IMG/VR virus record: IMGVR_UViG_3300045988_092736
Span: 43,380-107,379 of that record
DNA from: a virus
Length of the DNA stretch: 64,000 nucleotides
Direction: 5' to 3' (one strand)
A program made the translations under genes and the position numbers. Position 1 is the stretch's first letter. The number at the start of each line of letters is the position of its first letter. Shown piece by piece: positions 16,719 through 26,783 of the stretch. The notes below the pieces were generated by a model. It saw only the letters and a program-made list of their open reading frames with translations, was not told the origin of the DNA and searched no databases.

Positions 16719-19700
16719 ATGGCACAGCTAGAATTTAACATCAAAGCGAATTTCGACCAAATCAAGCAAGCCAAGCAAGAGCTTGAAAGATTGCGTGGTG
16801 AGTTACAGAAAACAACAAAGGCGACAGATAAGGCGGTGGTTCAGGACCTTACTGACAAATATGCAGAGCAAAAGCAAAAGGTGACAGAGCTTAGTTCCGC
16901 AATGTCTCGCTATGCTTTGGTGATGAGTAGTGATTATGCCAAGAAAATGCAGAATCTTACAAGAGAGGTTTATTCTTTCGAGCTGCAAGCAGACGCATCT
17001 AAGCGAAAGATTGAAAGACTTTCTTCTGAGATTGCAAAGATGCAGTCTAAACTTCGTAAAGGAGGCTTAGATATTGGCACTTCAACAATCCTTAATCGTG
17101 ATATAAGCGAAAATTCCACTATACTCAATGATGAGAAAAGGCGTTATGAGAATCTAACCGGATTAGGTAAGCAGGCAAGAATCGAATTGCAAAACATGCA
17201 AGCAGAGTATGTCCGCTATTCGGGTTCTTCGAGCGCAACTACTGATAACGTAAAGGTGATGACTGATGCCTTTGCCGGAATGATTGAGGAAATGAAGAAA
17301 GTTCCTACTGTCGGTGAGGGTGCAACATCTTTATTTAATCGTCTCGGTGGTGATGCAAAGCAATTAGCAATGAGCCTCGTAGGTGGCCTGGGGTTTGAAC
17401 AATTGGCAGAACACATCTTTAATGTTCGTTCACAATTCCAACAGCTTGAAATTTCATTCACTACAATGCTTGGTAGTGAGCAGAGAGCAGGAGCATTGAT
17501 GAACCAACTTGTTCAAACGGCTGCGAAGACTCCTTTCGACATGAGTTCGATAACAAATGGGGCAAAGCAGTTGTTGGCTTATGGTACGGCTGCAAATGAG
17601 GTTAATGATATTCTTGTTCATCTTGGAGATATTTCGGCAGGTCTGAACGTTCCGTTGAACGATTTGGTGTATTTGTATGGTACAACAATGAGCCAAGGCC
17701 GCATGTACACGATGGACTTGCGTCAGTTTATGGGCAGAGGCATCCCGATGGCTGAGGAGCTTGGTAAAATCATGGGCAAGACAACCCAAGAGGTTCAGCA
17801 AGCGGTTACAGATGGAAAGGTCGGAGCTGATTTGGTGAAAAAAGCTATCATCAACATGACCGAAGAGGGCGGCAAGTTTGGTGGACTGATGGAAAAGCAA
17901 TCCACAACCTTGCAAGGAAAATGGTCTAACATTGGCGATAGCGTTGACCAGATGTTTAACGAACTCGGCAAGAAGTCGCAAGGAATATTTGGCACTGGTT
18001 TAGACTTGATTTCGTCTTTGGTTGACAATTGGGAGACGGTCGTTAAAGTTATTGGTTCGGCTGCGGTAGCCGTAGGCACGTATAAGGCAGGTCTGATGGC
18101 GGCAGCATCCATCCAAAAAGCTCAAAACAAAGCTACACTTGATAGTATTGCAAGTAATCTTGACGAAAAGATAAAAGCGTACAAAGATGAAGCTGAATTG
18201 TATCATTCCTACACCGGAAAAGATACATCCGAATATAAGAGCCAAAGACTTTCGGATTTGAATAAGGCTGTTTCTAATACTGATATGTTGGGTACGGATA
18301 AGGCCGAGGAACTTGTGTCTCTTAAAATCAAAGAGGCTCAGACCGATGGAATCATAACCCAACAAATGGCAGAGCAATTGCAACTTAAACGTGATATGCT
18401 TGTCACTCAGCAACAATCTGCTGCTAAAGAACAGATGGAGGCTTTGGAACTTTCCAAGGGACTTGATGAGAAAATGGCTCAGTTCAAGGAAATGGAAAAT
18501 GATTACCGACATCTTAACGGAAAAGATACCAAAGATTATAAGGCAAGCCGTTATAATGAGTTGGGGAATGCTTTGTCCGATACCGAAAATATCGGTGATG
18601 ATGAAACGGAGAAACGCATATCTAAGCAGATAGAATTAGCGAAATCTGAGGGGTTGATTAGCGAAGAAATGGCTAAACAACTCCAGTTGAAGCGTGACCT
18701 CTTGGTTGAGCAGACAAGACTTGCGGAGAAAGAACAACTCCAATGGCAAAATGCGGTAAACGCCAAAGAAGCCGCAGAAGAAGAGTTGCGTGCAAAAAAA
18801 TCGCAAGAAGACGACATCGCTGCTGCAAATAAGGCTGCGGAACAAGCAAAGGCTGAGGCTGCCCTTAAACAAAAAATAGCCAAGGCAAATGAAACCGCTT
18901 ATGGTAAGGCTCTATTGGAAACTAACGCCTTACAGAAGAAAGTAGACTTGCAGCAAGAGAGTTACGATAAAGCGATGGATGAGGCTCGTGAAAAGAGAAT
19001 AGTCCTTGCTCAACTTGATGAGGAAATAAAAAAGCAGCAGCAAATCATAGAACAGAAAGAAAAGGAATTGGTCTATGATAATGGGGCGGTTGATACGACT
19101 TCATTTGGTGGCTATGCGGATTCTTTTTCGGATAACGAAAATAGTTCAATAGTTCAATACGGGGCAGAACAAGCGAAATTGGAAGAGCTGATGCAAAAGC
19201 GTCAGCAAGCGGATGAGGAATACGAAAGTTCTAACGCAAAGCGTAAGGCTATCCAACAGGAACTTCAGACTACGACTGAGAAGTTGACAGAAGCCGAAGA
19301 GAATGAAACCGAGGTCTATAAAGAGACAGGAGCAGCGGCAGATGAAATTGGGGATATTGTTCAGCAAGGAATAGATATAGAGGATGGTAAGATTAGCATT
19401 ACGGAGGCGGCAACTACTGCTACACAAACCAATACTACTTCTGAAGCTAGCAATGCAACCGCAAAAAGTACTAATGCAAATGCTACTTCTTCGGAAACTA
19501 TTGCTAATACGGCAAACTCGACTTCAAAGACAGCTAATACTGCGGCTACTAATGTAAATACAACGTCCGAGAACGTAAATACAGGAGCAAAGGAACGGAA
19601 TTCCCTTGTTACCTCTATATTATCTGTTGGCACAAAAGGGTTAGCATTAGCTCAAAATGTGTTAACATGGGCTACTAATGCCGTTACCGTTAGTATGAGG

Positions 19701-22700
19701 GAGCTATGGGCTGCAATGCTTGCAAATCCTCTAACTACTATCATTACTCTGGTAACAACCGCAATGTCCGTTTTTGCGATGTTCGGAAGTGACGAGGAAG
19801 ATGTTGCTAAGAAGACTCAAAACATGGGTAATAAGGCTGCTGAGGCTAGTAATAAGGTTCGTTCCTTGTTTGCGGTTTTGGAAAATGGCGAGGCAGAAGA
19901 CCATAAGAACACAATAAATGAATTGAAGTCTGCTTATGAAGAATATGGGGTAAAATTGGATGAGACTAAAATGAAGTCTCAAAGCATGAGTGAGCAAGCT
20001 AATGAGTTAAAGGAGCATGAAGAAGAACTTATCGGTATAATTGAAAAGCGTTCTCTTGAAATGGAGCGTGCAAATCAATTACAAGAGGCTTATGATAATT
20101 ATAATTCTTCAAATGATTCATCTTTCAGCTCATTTAAAGATTCTATAGATGATAAGTTGTCTGATGTAGAAATGGGTACTATTCGAAGTCTCGTAAGTCA
20201 GGATGACATAGACAAGTTAGCTGAACTGCGAAAGGAGATGAATGCTTGTGGTGGAGATTTAAAGGTGTACAACGCATTGAATGCTCAATATTCCCAATTA
20301 CAAGGGGAGTTGAATGTAAAAATAGGAACTTATCTCGAAAATATGCACCATAGCCGTTCTGAGGTGGCTCAGATGATTCCTGATATAAACGACTTTACTG
20401 ATGGGCTTGTTAGCAACAAAGTTGAGTTGGATGGTACGGTTGATTCTATAAATAATAGCGTCAATGCCGCAGAACGTGCGAGAAAAGCCACATCTAAGTT
20501 GACTTATGCGCAAGAGGAACAAGCTTTGAAAAATCAATATGCAAAGAAGAGCTTCAAGGATTTGAATAGTGAAATCCAAGAGACAATAAAGTTGTGCAGT
20601 AGAAAGTTACATCTTGATATTAAGGTTAACTATGATGATAGTGAGCTTCCTGCATGGATTAAGAATATGTCTCAGTCTCAGTTGAAAGCGAGTATGGCTG
20701 TGAGAAAGAACTGGCTTGACGGACACAAAAAAGGGGATGTTCTTCAAGTTGGAGGTCAATATAAGACTTACGAACAGGTCGCAAACGAATTGGCTATGAT
20801 GCAAGCAAGAGGTAACAACATCGAAAGTAAGCCGAAGAAAAGCCAAAAGGAGATAGATAAGGAGAGGAAGGCAAGAGAGAAAGCGGCTAGGGATGCTGAA
20901 AAGGCTAGGAATGATGCCGAGACAAAGGCTGGTAATAAGCGCAAGGCTGAGGAGGACTATGCCAAGTCTATTTCTTCCTATTCGGAGAAAGCTATCCAAG
21001 ACATGACCAAGAACCGCATTAATGCGATGAATGAGGGTTATAGCAAGGAATTGGCTCAGATTACCGAGAATGCCGACAAGGAGAAAAAAGCGGTAGAAGA
21101 TGGTATAGACAAATTGGTTGAGGCTAGGAAAAAGCGTGACCAAGCTGTTTGGGTTAATTCCGGCAAAGGTCGTAAGGCTAATATGTGGAAACAGAGCAAA
21201 ACCGATGAAGAGTACAAGAATGAGGTTTTGAATGAAACCATGAAGGACAGCAAGGGTAATCCGGTTAAGGTAAATGGCATGGAGTTGACCATAGGCATGA
21301 ACGTTGCTAATCAGATGAATGCAATTCGGGATAAGGCTGTAAAGCAGAATGAGGATGTGCTTGCTAAAGAAGCGCAAAGCATGTACGATTATCTGAAGAC
21401 TTATGGTACATTCCAAGAGCAGAAGTTAGCTATTGCTGCCGATTATGCTAAGAGGATTAGCGAGGTTGAAAACTCTACGGATTCGGACTCAAACAAGCAA
21501 TGGAAGATAAAATCTTTGAAAGAAGAGCAGAAGAAAGAGACGGATTCGGTTGAGACTAGTGCTATTATGCAGAAGATAGACTGGTATCAAGTCTTCGGAA
21601 ATGTTGGTGGAATTATGAAAGATGCGCTTGTTCCTTTATTGGCAGATCTGGATAAATTCGTAGGTACGGATAAGTTCCAAAATTTGGGTGCAGACCAGCA
21701 GAAGAGTATAGTTGATGCTATGCAGAATATCCGTAATTCGATTGGTAATACAAGTGATTTGGGTTGGAAAGACCTTGCAAGGGACGTTGTAGCTTATCAG
21801 GAGGCTCTGAAGAATGCGAAAATTGCCCAAGAGGAATATACTGAAACAGAAACCAAGCTTACACCTCGCATTAAGGATTTGCAAAATCAGATAGCGAATG
21901 CGAAAAAGTCGGGCAATGTCGCAGAGCAAGCTAGATTGCAAAATGATTTGAATAAAGTACAAGGTCAGTTAGCGGAGTCCGGAAAGAAGATTGTTACGGC
22001 TAACACAAAAGTCCGTACTAGTGGTCAGAAGTTGGCTCAAACGACACAGAATGTGACGCAACCGATTTCTGCTATCCATGAGTTCCTTTCTACTTCTGGA
22101 CTATCTGATTTAGCATCTCTTTGGGATAGCTTCGATCAGCTTAAAGGTGGAATTGATGGATTGAAAGCTTTGGACGAGGCTAAGAATGCGGCTGATGGTT
22201 TGAAGGATATGGGTAAGGCAGCCGCAGACGCAGCCGCAGCCGCTGGCAAGAAAGCTGGTGATGCGCTAAGTGAAGGATTGTCAAAAGCTGGATTAATAGG
22301 TCAAATCGTATCTGCCATCTTGAAGATACTTGATGTTTTGAAAGATGGTATTGGAACATTGATTAGTAGCTTGATTGATACAGTTCTGAATGCGGTCAAC
22401 GGCATATTAAAGAATATTCTAAGTGGCGATTTTATAACTCAGATTGGAGGGTCTTTGGTAAGCGGCATTGGTAATATTCTCAATACAATATCGTTTGGTG
22501 GATTCAATAGTTTGTTTGGAGTTGGTGGGAACGCAAAAGAAGTAAACCGGACTATAGATAAATTGACGGATAGAAATGAAATCTTGACGGATGCTATAGA
22601 CAAGTTACGAGACTCCATAGACAAGAATAGTGGTATTAAAGCCGTAGAGGACGCTAAAAAAGCCGAAAACCTCCAAAAGGAGAAAGAACAAAATTTAAAG

Positions 22701-23693
22701 AGTATCATGGAGGCGCAAATGGGTTATCATGGCTCTCATCACAGTTTTAACGCTTATTTTCGAGGATTTTCGCAAGAGCAAATCAAAAAGGTGTCCGAAG
22801 CAATAGGCAGACAATGGAATGGTAATCTTAACGACTTGCAATCTGCTGATGAAGCAGCTGCCATTTTGCAGAATCCAGATATGGTTGAGGCTATCAAGAA
22901 TACAGGTAAGGGTGGCTATGGAGGTAGAGTTCTTGAAAAGTTGAAAGACTATGCGGCTGAGGCTGGAACATTAGAGGAAATTGCTGATGACCTTGCAGAA
23001 AGCTTGACGCAAATATCTTTTGATAGTTTGAAGAGCGAGTTCATAGATACTTTGATGGATATGAATTCCTCTGCTCAAGACTTCTCTGATAATTTCTCCA
23101 AGATGCTTATGCAAGCCGTTCTGAAAGCTAAGGTGGATGATTTGTTGGGAAATGATATGCAAGCATTCTATGACGAATGGGCGGAACGAGCTGAGGCAAA
23201 TGGTGGTAAATTGTCAAAGACAGATATAACTGCCTTGAAGGGAAAGTATGATGAAATGGTTCAAGAAGGACTGAAGATTAGAGATGAAGTAGCCGAAATT
23301 ACGGGTTACAAGCAATCTTACGAGCAGTCCGCTTCTTCCGGTTCTTTTGAATCAATGAGTCAAGACACAGGCGATGAGTTGAATGGTCGTTTTACAGCGG
23401 TGCAGATCGCTACGGAGGGAACGTATGAGGAAACAAAACTCATAAATACCAAGTTGGATGCTATTGCGGCTCGTGATGGTGGCGCAGAGGGTAGCTTACT
23501 AACAGCTAGCGTGAATACTATTATGGGTAATGTAGGTAACATTTGGTTAGCTGTTGATGAGGGTAGGACTATCCTTGCACAAAGCTTGATGTACTTGCAG
23601 TCGATTGATGAGAGACAAGAGCGATGGCATAAGCCTATGTTGCAAGCATTCAATGATATACACGAATTGAAAGATAAGATGAGTAGATTGTAA
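16719..23693 (+). CDS. tape-measure-like giant coiled-coil structural protein (2324 aa)
   Basis: Long heptad-rich K/E/Q sequence. Hydrophobic segment 'LTWATNAVTVSMRELWAAMLANPLTTIITLVTTAMSVFAMFG'. T/N/A low-complexity stretch. By far the largest ORF. No catalytic motif seen. Confidence 0.5.
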   Translation: MAQLEFNIKANFDQIKQAKQELERLRGELQKTTKATDKAVVQDLTDKYAEQKQKVTELSSAMSRYALVMSSDYAKKMQNLTREVYSFELQADASKRKIERLSSEIAKMQSKLRKGGLDIGTSTILNRDISENSTILNDEKRRYENLTGLGKQARIELQNMQAEYVRYSGSSSATTDNVKVMTDAFAGMIEEMKKVPTVGEGATSLFNRLGGDAKQLAMSLVGGLGFEQLAEHIFNVRSQFQQLEISFTTMLGSEQRAGALMNQLVQTAAKTPFDMSSITNGAKQLLAYGTAANEVNDILVHLGDISAGLNVPLNDLVYLYGTTMSQGRMYTMDLRQFMGRGIPMAEELGKIMGKTTQEVQQAVTDGKVGADLVKKAIINMTEEGGKFGGLMEKQSTTLQGKWSNIGDSVDQMFNELGKKSQGIFGTGLDLISSLVDNWETVVKVIGSAAVAVGTYKAGLMAAASIQKAQNKATLDSIASNLDEKIKAYKDEAELYHSYTGKDTSEYKSQRLSDLNKAVSNTDMLGTDKAEELVSLKIKEAQTDGIITQQMAEQLQLKRDMLVTQQQSAAKEQMEALELSKGLDEKMAQFKEMENDYRHLNGKDTKDYKASRYNELGNALSDTENIGDDETEKRISKQIELAKSEGLISEEMAKQLQLKRDLLVEQTRLAEKEQLQWQNAVNAKEAAEEELRAKKSQEDDIAAANKAAEQAKAEAALKQKIAKANETAYGKALLETNALQKKVDLQQESYDKAMDEAREKRIVLAQLDEEIKKQQQIIEQKEKELVYDNGAVDTTSFGGYADSFSDNENSSIVQYGAEQAKLEELMQKRQQADEEYESSNAKRKAIQQELQTTTEKLTEAEENETEVYKETGAAADEIGDIVQQGIDIEDGKISITEAATTATQTNTTSEASNATAKSTNANATSSETIANTANSTSKTANTAATNVNTTSENVNTGAKERNSLVTSILSVGTKGLALAQNVLTWATNAVTVSMRELWAAMLANPLTTIITLVTTAMSVFAMFGSDEEDVAKKTQNMGNKAAEASNKVRSLFAVLENGEAEDHKNTINELKSAYEEYGVKLDETKMKSQSMSEQANELKEHEEELIGIIEKRSLEMERANQLQEAYDNYNSSNDSSFSSFKDSIDDKLSDVEMGTIRSLVSQDDIDKLAELRKEMNACGGDLKVYNALNAQYSQLQGELNVKIGTYLENMHHSRSEVAQMIPDINDFTDGLVSNKVELDGTVDSINNSVNAAERARKATSKLTYAQEEQALKNQYAKKSFKDLNSEIQETIKLCSRKLHLDIKVNYDDSELPAWIKNMSQSQLKASMAVRKNWLDGHKKGDVLQVGGQYKTYEQVANELAMMQARGNNIESKPKKSQKEIDKERKAREKAARDAEKARNDAETKAGNKRKAEEDYAKSISSYSEKAIQDMTKNRINAMNEGYSKELAQITENADKEKKAVEDGIDKLVEARKKRDQAVWVNSGKGRKANMWKQSKTDEEYKNEVLNETMKDSKGNPVKVNGMELTIGMNVANQMNAIRDKAVKQNEDVLAKEAQSMYDYLKTYGTFQEQKLAIAADYAKRISEVENSTDSDSNKQWKIKSLKEEQKKETDSVETSAIMQKIDWYQVFGNVGGIMKDALVPLLADLDKFVGTDKFQNLGADQQKSIVDAMQNIRNSIGNTSDLGWKDLARDVVAYQEALKNAKIAQEEYTETETKLTPRIKDLQNQIANAKKSGNVAEQARLQNDLNKVQGQLAESGKKIVTANTKVRTSGQKLAQTTQNVTQPISAIHEFLSTSGLSDLASLWDSFDQLKGGIDGLKALDEAKNAADGLKDMGKAAADAAAAAGKKAGDALSEGLSKAGLIGQIVSAILKILDVLKDGIGTLISSLIDTVLNAVNGILKNILSGDFITQIGGSLVSGIGNILNTISFGGFNSLFGVGGNAKEVNRTIDKLTDRNEILTDAIDKLRDSIDKNSGIKAVEDAKKAENLQKEKEQNLKSIMEAQMGYHGSHHSFNAYFRGFSQEQIKKVSEAIGRQWNGNLNDLQSADEAAAILQNPDMVEAIKNTGKGGYGGRVLEKLKDYAAEAGTLEEIADDLAESLTQISFDSLKSEFIDTLMDMNSSAQDFSDNFSKMLMQAVLKAKVDDLLGNDMQAFYDEWAERAEANGGKLSKTDITALKGKYDEMVQEGLKIRDEVAEITGYKQSYEQSASSGSFESMSQDTGDELNGRFTAVQIATEGTYEETKLINTKLDAIAARDGGAEGSLLTASVNTIMGNVGNIWLAVDEGRTILAQSLMYLQSIDERQERWHKPMLQAFNDIHELKDKMSRL

Positions 23694-23698
23694 ACAAA

Positions 23699-23733
23699 GA
23701 AGAGGAACGTCTGATGCGCTCCTCTTTCTTTTT
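23699..23733. terminator. bidirectional terminator between the 16719 gene (+) and 23732..24205 (-)
   Basis: 'gAAGAGGAacgtctgatgcgcTCCTCTTtctttttat'. Confidence 0.5.
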
Positions 23734-24205
23734 ATAGTTTCTTTTCTTCCAGTAATTCGTCAACTCTCGCTTGAAATGCAAGTTCTGTCTCAGAAAGGCT
23801 GTAGCCAGAGTAGGAATAGCTTGTCCCGATGATGTGGCCATCAAACCTTCCAGTATTGTCATCCTTTGTGAAAGTGCCTTTGTAGCCCTTGTATTGGAAT
23901 ACTATTTCCTTGTTGTCCTCTTGCTCATCCTTGTCGTAAGACTTAGCTATCTTAATCAGGTAGCAGAAGCCGAACATGAATAGGCAAGAGAAAAAGGAAG
24001 AGATTGAGAATCCAACCATTGCCCATCCTATCGCCTTCGTCTCCTGCTCTCCAAAGAAGCCCATCATCAAGCCGATGACAAACAATAAGATAGTTAACCC
24101 TAGTGCTATTACACTAATTAACGAGAGAACACGGAATACCGCTGCACCTCTCAAATTGAAAAAATCTGTCATAGTCGTAAAAGTTTTAATTATTAATACT
24201 TGCAA
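23732..24205 (-). CDS. membrane protein (2 TM helices plus C-terminal soluble domain), co-transcribed with the XRE repressor
   Basis: TM stretches 'VLSLISVIALGLTILLFVIGLMMGFF' and 'IGWAMVGFSISSFFSCLFMFGFCYLI'. Minus-strand operon with 24221..24523. Confidence 0.5.
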   Translation of the reverse strand: MQVLIIKTFTTMTDFFNLRGAAVFRVLSLISVIALGLTILLFVIGLMMGFFGEQETKAIGWAMVGFSISSFFSCLFMFGFCYLIKIAKSYDKDEQEDNKEIVFQYKGYKGTFTKDDNTGRFDGHIIGTSYSYSGYSLSETELAFQARVDELLEEKKL

Positions 24206-24220
24206 GGAATGTTCCTTACG

Positions 24221-24523
24221 TTACTTAACACTTTCCAGCTTGTCCAGCACGTCCCTAGCCTCAGTGATGGATGATGCGGAATACAACTCACCACCTTGCT
24301 TTATTAGGGCGATGAAATCACTCATAGCATCTACTTTGTTCTGCTTATCAAACAATTCTGCTACAGGACAGCCTATAGCGTTTGCTATTTTTTCGATAGT
24401 TGATATACGCAAGTCGTTTTTCTCGCTAAGTAAACGAGAAACCGAAACTCTATTCATACCCATCCGGTCTGCTAAGTCTTGTTGCGTTACACCATATTTA
24501 TTAAGAACATCTTTAAATCTCAT
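24221..24523 (-). CDS. XRE-family HTH transcriptional regulator (repressor-like)
   Basis: 'GVTQQDLADRMGMNRVSVSRLLSEKNDLRISTIEKIANAIGCPVAELF'. Divergent from the rightward genes, operator repeats in the flanking DNA. Confidence 0.65.
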   Translation of the reverse strand: MRFKDVLNKYGVTQQDLADRMGMNRVSVSRLLSEKNDLRISTIEKIANAIGCPVAELFDKQNKVDAMSDFIALIKQGGELYSASSITEARDVLDKLESVK

Positions 24524-24532
24524 AATACATAA

Positions 24533-24715
24533 TACGTTACATTGATATTTTCTTGCAAAGATAAGAATAATATTTAAAATGTAGCATATATACGTAAAAG
24601 TATTAACGAAGTTTAAAGAATAGTACGTTACAAATGAATATCTGTTAATTAACCTAAATACGTTACATTTTCTTTATAAAATATTTGGTAGTATAACGTA
24701 AATACGTTACCTTTG
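24533..24715. promoter_or_regulatory. divergent control region with five TACGTTAC sites and one TACGTAA variant; a sixth TACGTTAC lies at 24217-24224
   Basis: TACGTTAC at 24533, 24624, 24659 and 24703, a TACGTAA variant at 24591, and the inverted pair TAACGTA-aa-TACGTTA at 24694-24709, which overlaps the -7 element TACCTTTG at 24708-24715. Confidence 0.5.
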
Positions 24716-24806
24716 CATCGTGATTAAGAAACAAAGGTCACAATAACATTATTAATTTAGCTGAGGTTGCACCTCCGAGTCGGCACTCGTAAAACGGTAT
24801 AGCAAT

Positions 24807-24989
24807 ATGACTACTTCAATGATAAGAAGAAACTTGATTCAGAAGTTCGTTATGATAGAGTTCGTAAGCAACAGGATAAACACCCAAAAGGACGTTGATA
24901 GAATGTTGAATATGATAACAATAAAGCTCAATATGAACAACGATGAGGCTAAGAGCTTCTTGCGTGAGAGCATCGGACTTGCAAAGTAA
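24807..24989 (+). CDS. small ORF carrying a duplicated leader and N-terminus of the 12474 family
   Basis: Upstream 'CCGAGTCGGCACTCGTAAAACGGT' and start 'ATGACTACTTCAAT' match those of 12474, and the body diverges. Confidence 0.3.
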   Translation: MTTSMIRRNLIQKFVMIEFVSNRINTQKDVDRMLNMITIKLNMNNDEAKSFLRESIGLAK

Positions 24990-25023
24990 GTAATTTAAGT
25001 TTAACGTTTAAAATTGAAAGATT

Positions 25024-25359
25024 ATGGCTACTACATTTAAGAATATGATGAGAGAAGTGATGAATATGGCACACAGAGCCTTTCAGCTTAAAGGTGCTTA
25101 TATGAGTTGGGCAGAATGCTTGAAGCAAGCTTGGCAGGTAATCAAGCTGAAGGCTCGCATGAAGAAGCAGGTTGTTGAGTTCTACTTTCAGAAGATGAAT
25201 GGTGAGATTCGTCAGGCTTTCGGCACTTTGATGGAGAGTCATATTGACTACACTACTAACGGCAAGGGTTACGCTTGCAAGGACTGCACAAAGTATTGGG
25301 ATGAAGTCAAGGGCGAGTGGAGACAATTCAAGAACTACAACTTGATTAGAGTTGCTTAA
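25024..25359 (+). CDS. hypothetical protein, paralog of 12474..12812
   Basis: See 12474. Confidence 0.5.
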   Translation: MATTFKNMMREVMNMAHRAFQLKGAYMSWAECLKQAWQVIKLKARMKKQVVEFYFQKMNGEIRQAFGTLMESHIDYTTNGKGYACKDCTKYWDEVKGEWRQFKNYNLIRVA

Positions 25360-25392
25360 CAAGGTTATTAAGGATTTGAAAAGAAACTAGAT

Positions 25393-25692
25393 ATGAGCGC
25401 AAAGATTATCGTGATGCAAGGCAACATGGTTGCAACCATCGAAGAGACGAACAAGGACGCATTTATCAAGCGTGGTGAGTATAAAGAGACCGAGCTGGAC
25501 AAACGCAAGCGTGAGGTTGATTTCTTGATTACAAGCATCGCAAACCGCTACGAAGTGACATTCAATCACAAGGTAGAGCTGAAAGAAAGCCGAAGCATCA
25601 AGAAAAGCGAATATTTCGATAACATCTACTACGTTACCGAGAATGCATTGAACAAGCTGAAAAAGCAATACTCATACGAGTGTGATTTGTAA
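25393..25692 (+). CDS. hypothetical protein
   Basis: Intact ORF. Confidence 0.4.
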   Translation: MSAKIIVMQGNMVATIEETNKDAFIKRGEYKETELDKRKREVDFLITSIANRYEVTFNHKVELKESRSIKKSEYFDNIYYVTENALNKLKKQYSYECDL

Positions 25693-25880
25693 TAGATTTA
25701 GGCACACGCTAAACTGCACCGGACTTTGGACATTAAATATTTAAGAGATATGGATAAGAATTATGGTGAAAGTTTTTGTTTTTCACAATATAGATAAGTG
25801 TTGTTAAACTGAGTGCTAATTTTTGGTAGAGTGGAATATAATAGCTATCTTTGTGGTCGAATTTCAAAACTTATAAGGAC

Positions 25881-26777
25881 ATGAAGATATTAGAACCAAA
25901 ATATGAAATCCTATCCCAAGGTGAGGGTATGGATGGAGTTTACAAGCAGATAGAGTTATGCGGTCGCACTTGCTATGCGTCAAGTATGAAGATAGACAAA
26001 GACAGTGCAAAGCCTTTCGTTGAGCGTATGGTAAGCAGCAACCATCTTGCCATGTGTGAGCATGGAACGATTTACCTCCATGTAGCCTATGAAGAAGGAT
26101 TTTTTGTGCCGGAGTCTTTATTGGTCAAGCACTATCGTGAGAACAAATATTCAAAGGTGATGCAGATAGGTAACGATTACTATATCACAACCAACTACAG
26201 AGTGATAGTTGAAAATAATTGGTTTGAGGATTTGGACTATATCTGCGAGCCTACGGAATGGCATGAGAAGCGAATAACCGTCCGCTTTACTACTCAGATT
26301 GCGGTAAGTAGAGAGGCTAACAGACATCGTGTAGATTCCGTAGCGGAACAAAGCACTAGATATTGCAACTATAGTAAGGATAAGTTCGGAGGCGAGATTG
26401 CTATCAACAAACCAAAGTGGGTTGGTGAAGATGATGCGGTTAATCCATCGTCTTTTGATGGTGGAACATTTGTTGACCTATCAAAGAACATCGGTAGTTA
26501 TGAGCATTGGAGTCCGGTAGAAAAATGGTGGTTTGCCAATAGAGTATGTGAAATGATGTATTTGTCTTTGGTTAAGGATGATGGTTTAAAGCCACAAGAT
26601 GCGAGAACTGTTCTTCCTCTTGATACCAACACGGAGTTGATTCATACCGCATTCGTGAGTGATTGGCTTCATTTCTTCGATTTGCGATCAAAAGGAACTA
26701 CTGGAAAGCCTCATCCAGATATTGAGGTCTTGGCAACCCCATTGATGAATGAGTTCAAGGAACGAGGTTTGATTTAA
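25881..26777 (+). CDS. thyX: flavin-dependent thymidylate synthase ThyX
   Basis: ThyX signature 'RHRVDSVAEQSTRY' (RHRxxxxxxxSxRY). ATG at 25881 preferred over 25851. Confidence 0.8.
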   Translation: MKILEPKYEILSQGEGMDGVYKQIELCGRTCYASSMKIDKDSAKPFVERMVSSNHLAMCEHGTIYLHVAYEEGFFVPESLLVKHYRENKYSKVMQIGNDYYITTNYRVIVENNWFEDLDYICEPTEWHEKRITVRFTTQIAVSREANRHRVDSVAEQSTRYCNYSKDKFGGEIAINKPKWVGEDDAVNPSSFDGGTFVDLSKNIGSYEHWSPVEKWWFANRVCEMMYLSLVKDDGLKPQDARTVLPLDTNTELIHTAFVSDWLHFFDLRSKGTTGKPHPDIEVLATPLMNEFKERGLI

Positions 26778-26783
26778 TCGCTT

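Noticed and set aside
16803-23653. Multiple minus-strand ORFs of 60-269 aa inside the 16719-23693 gene
   Set aside because: They are antisense to a continuous 6975-nt ORF and have low-complexity, Cys/Leu/Ser-rich translations typical of spurious reverse-frame ORFs.
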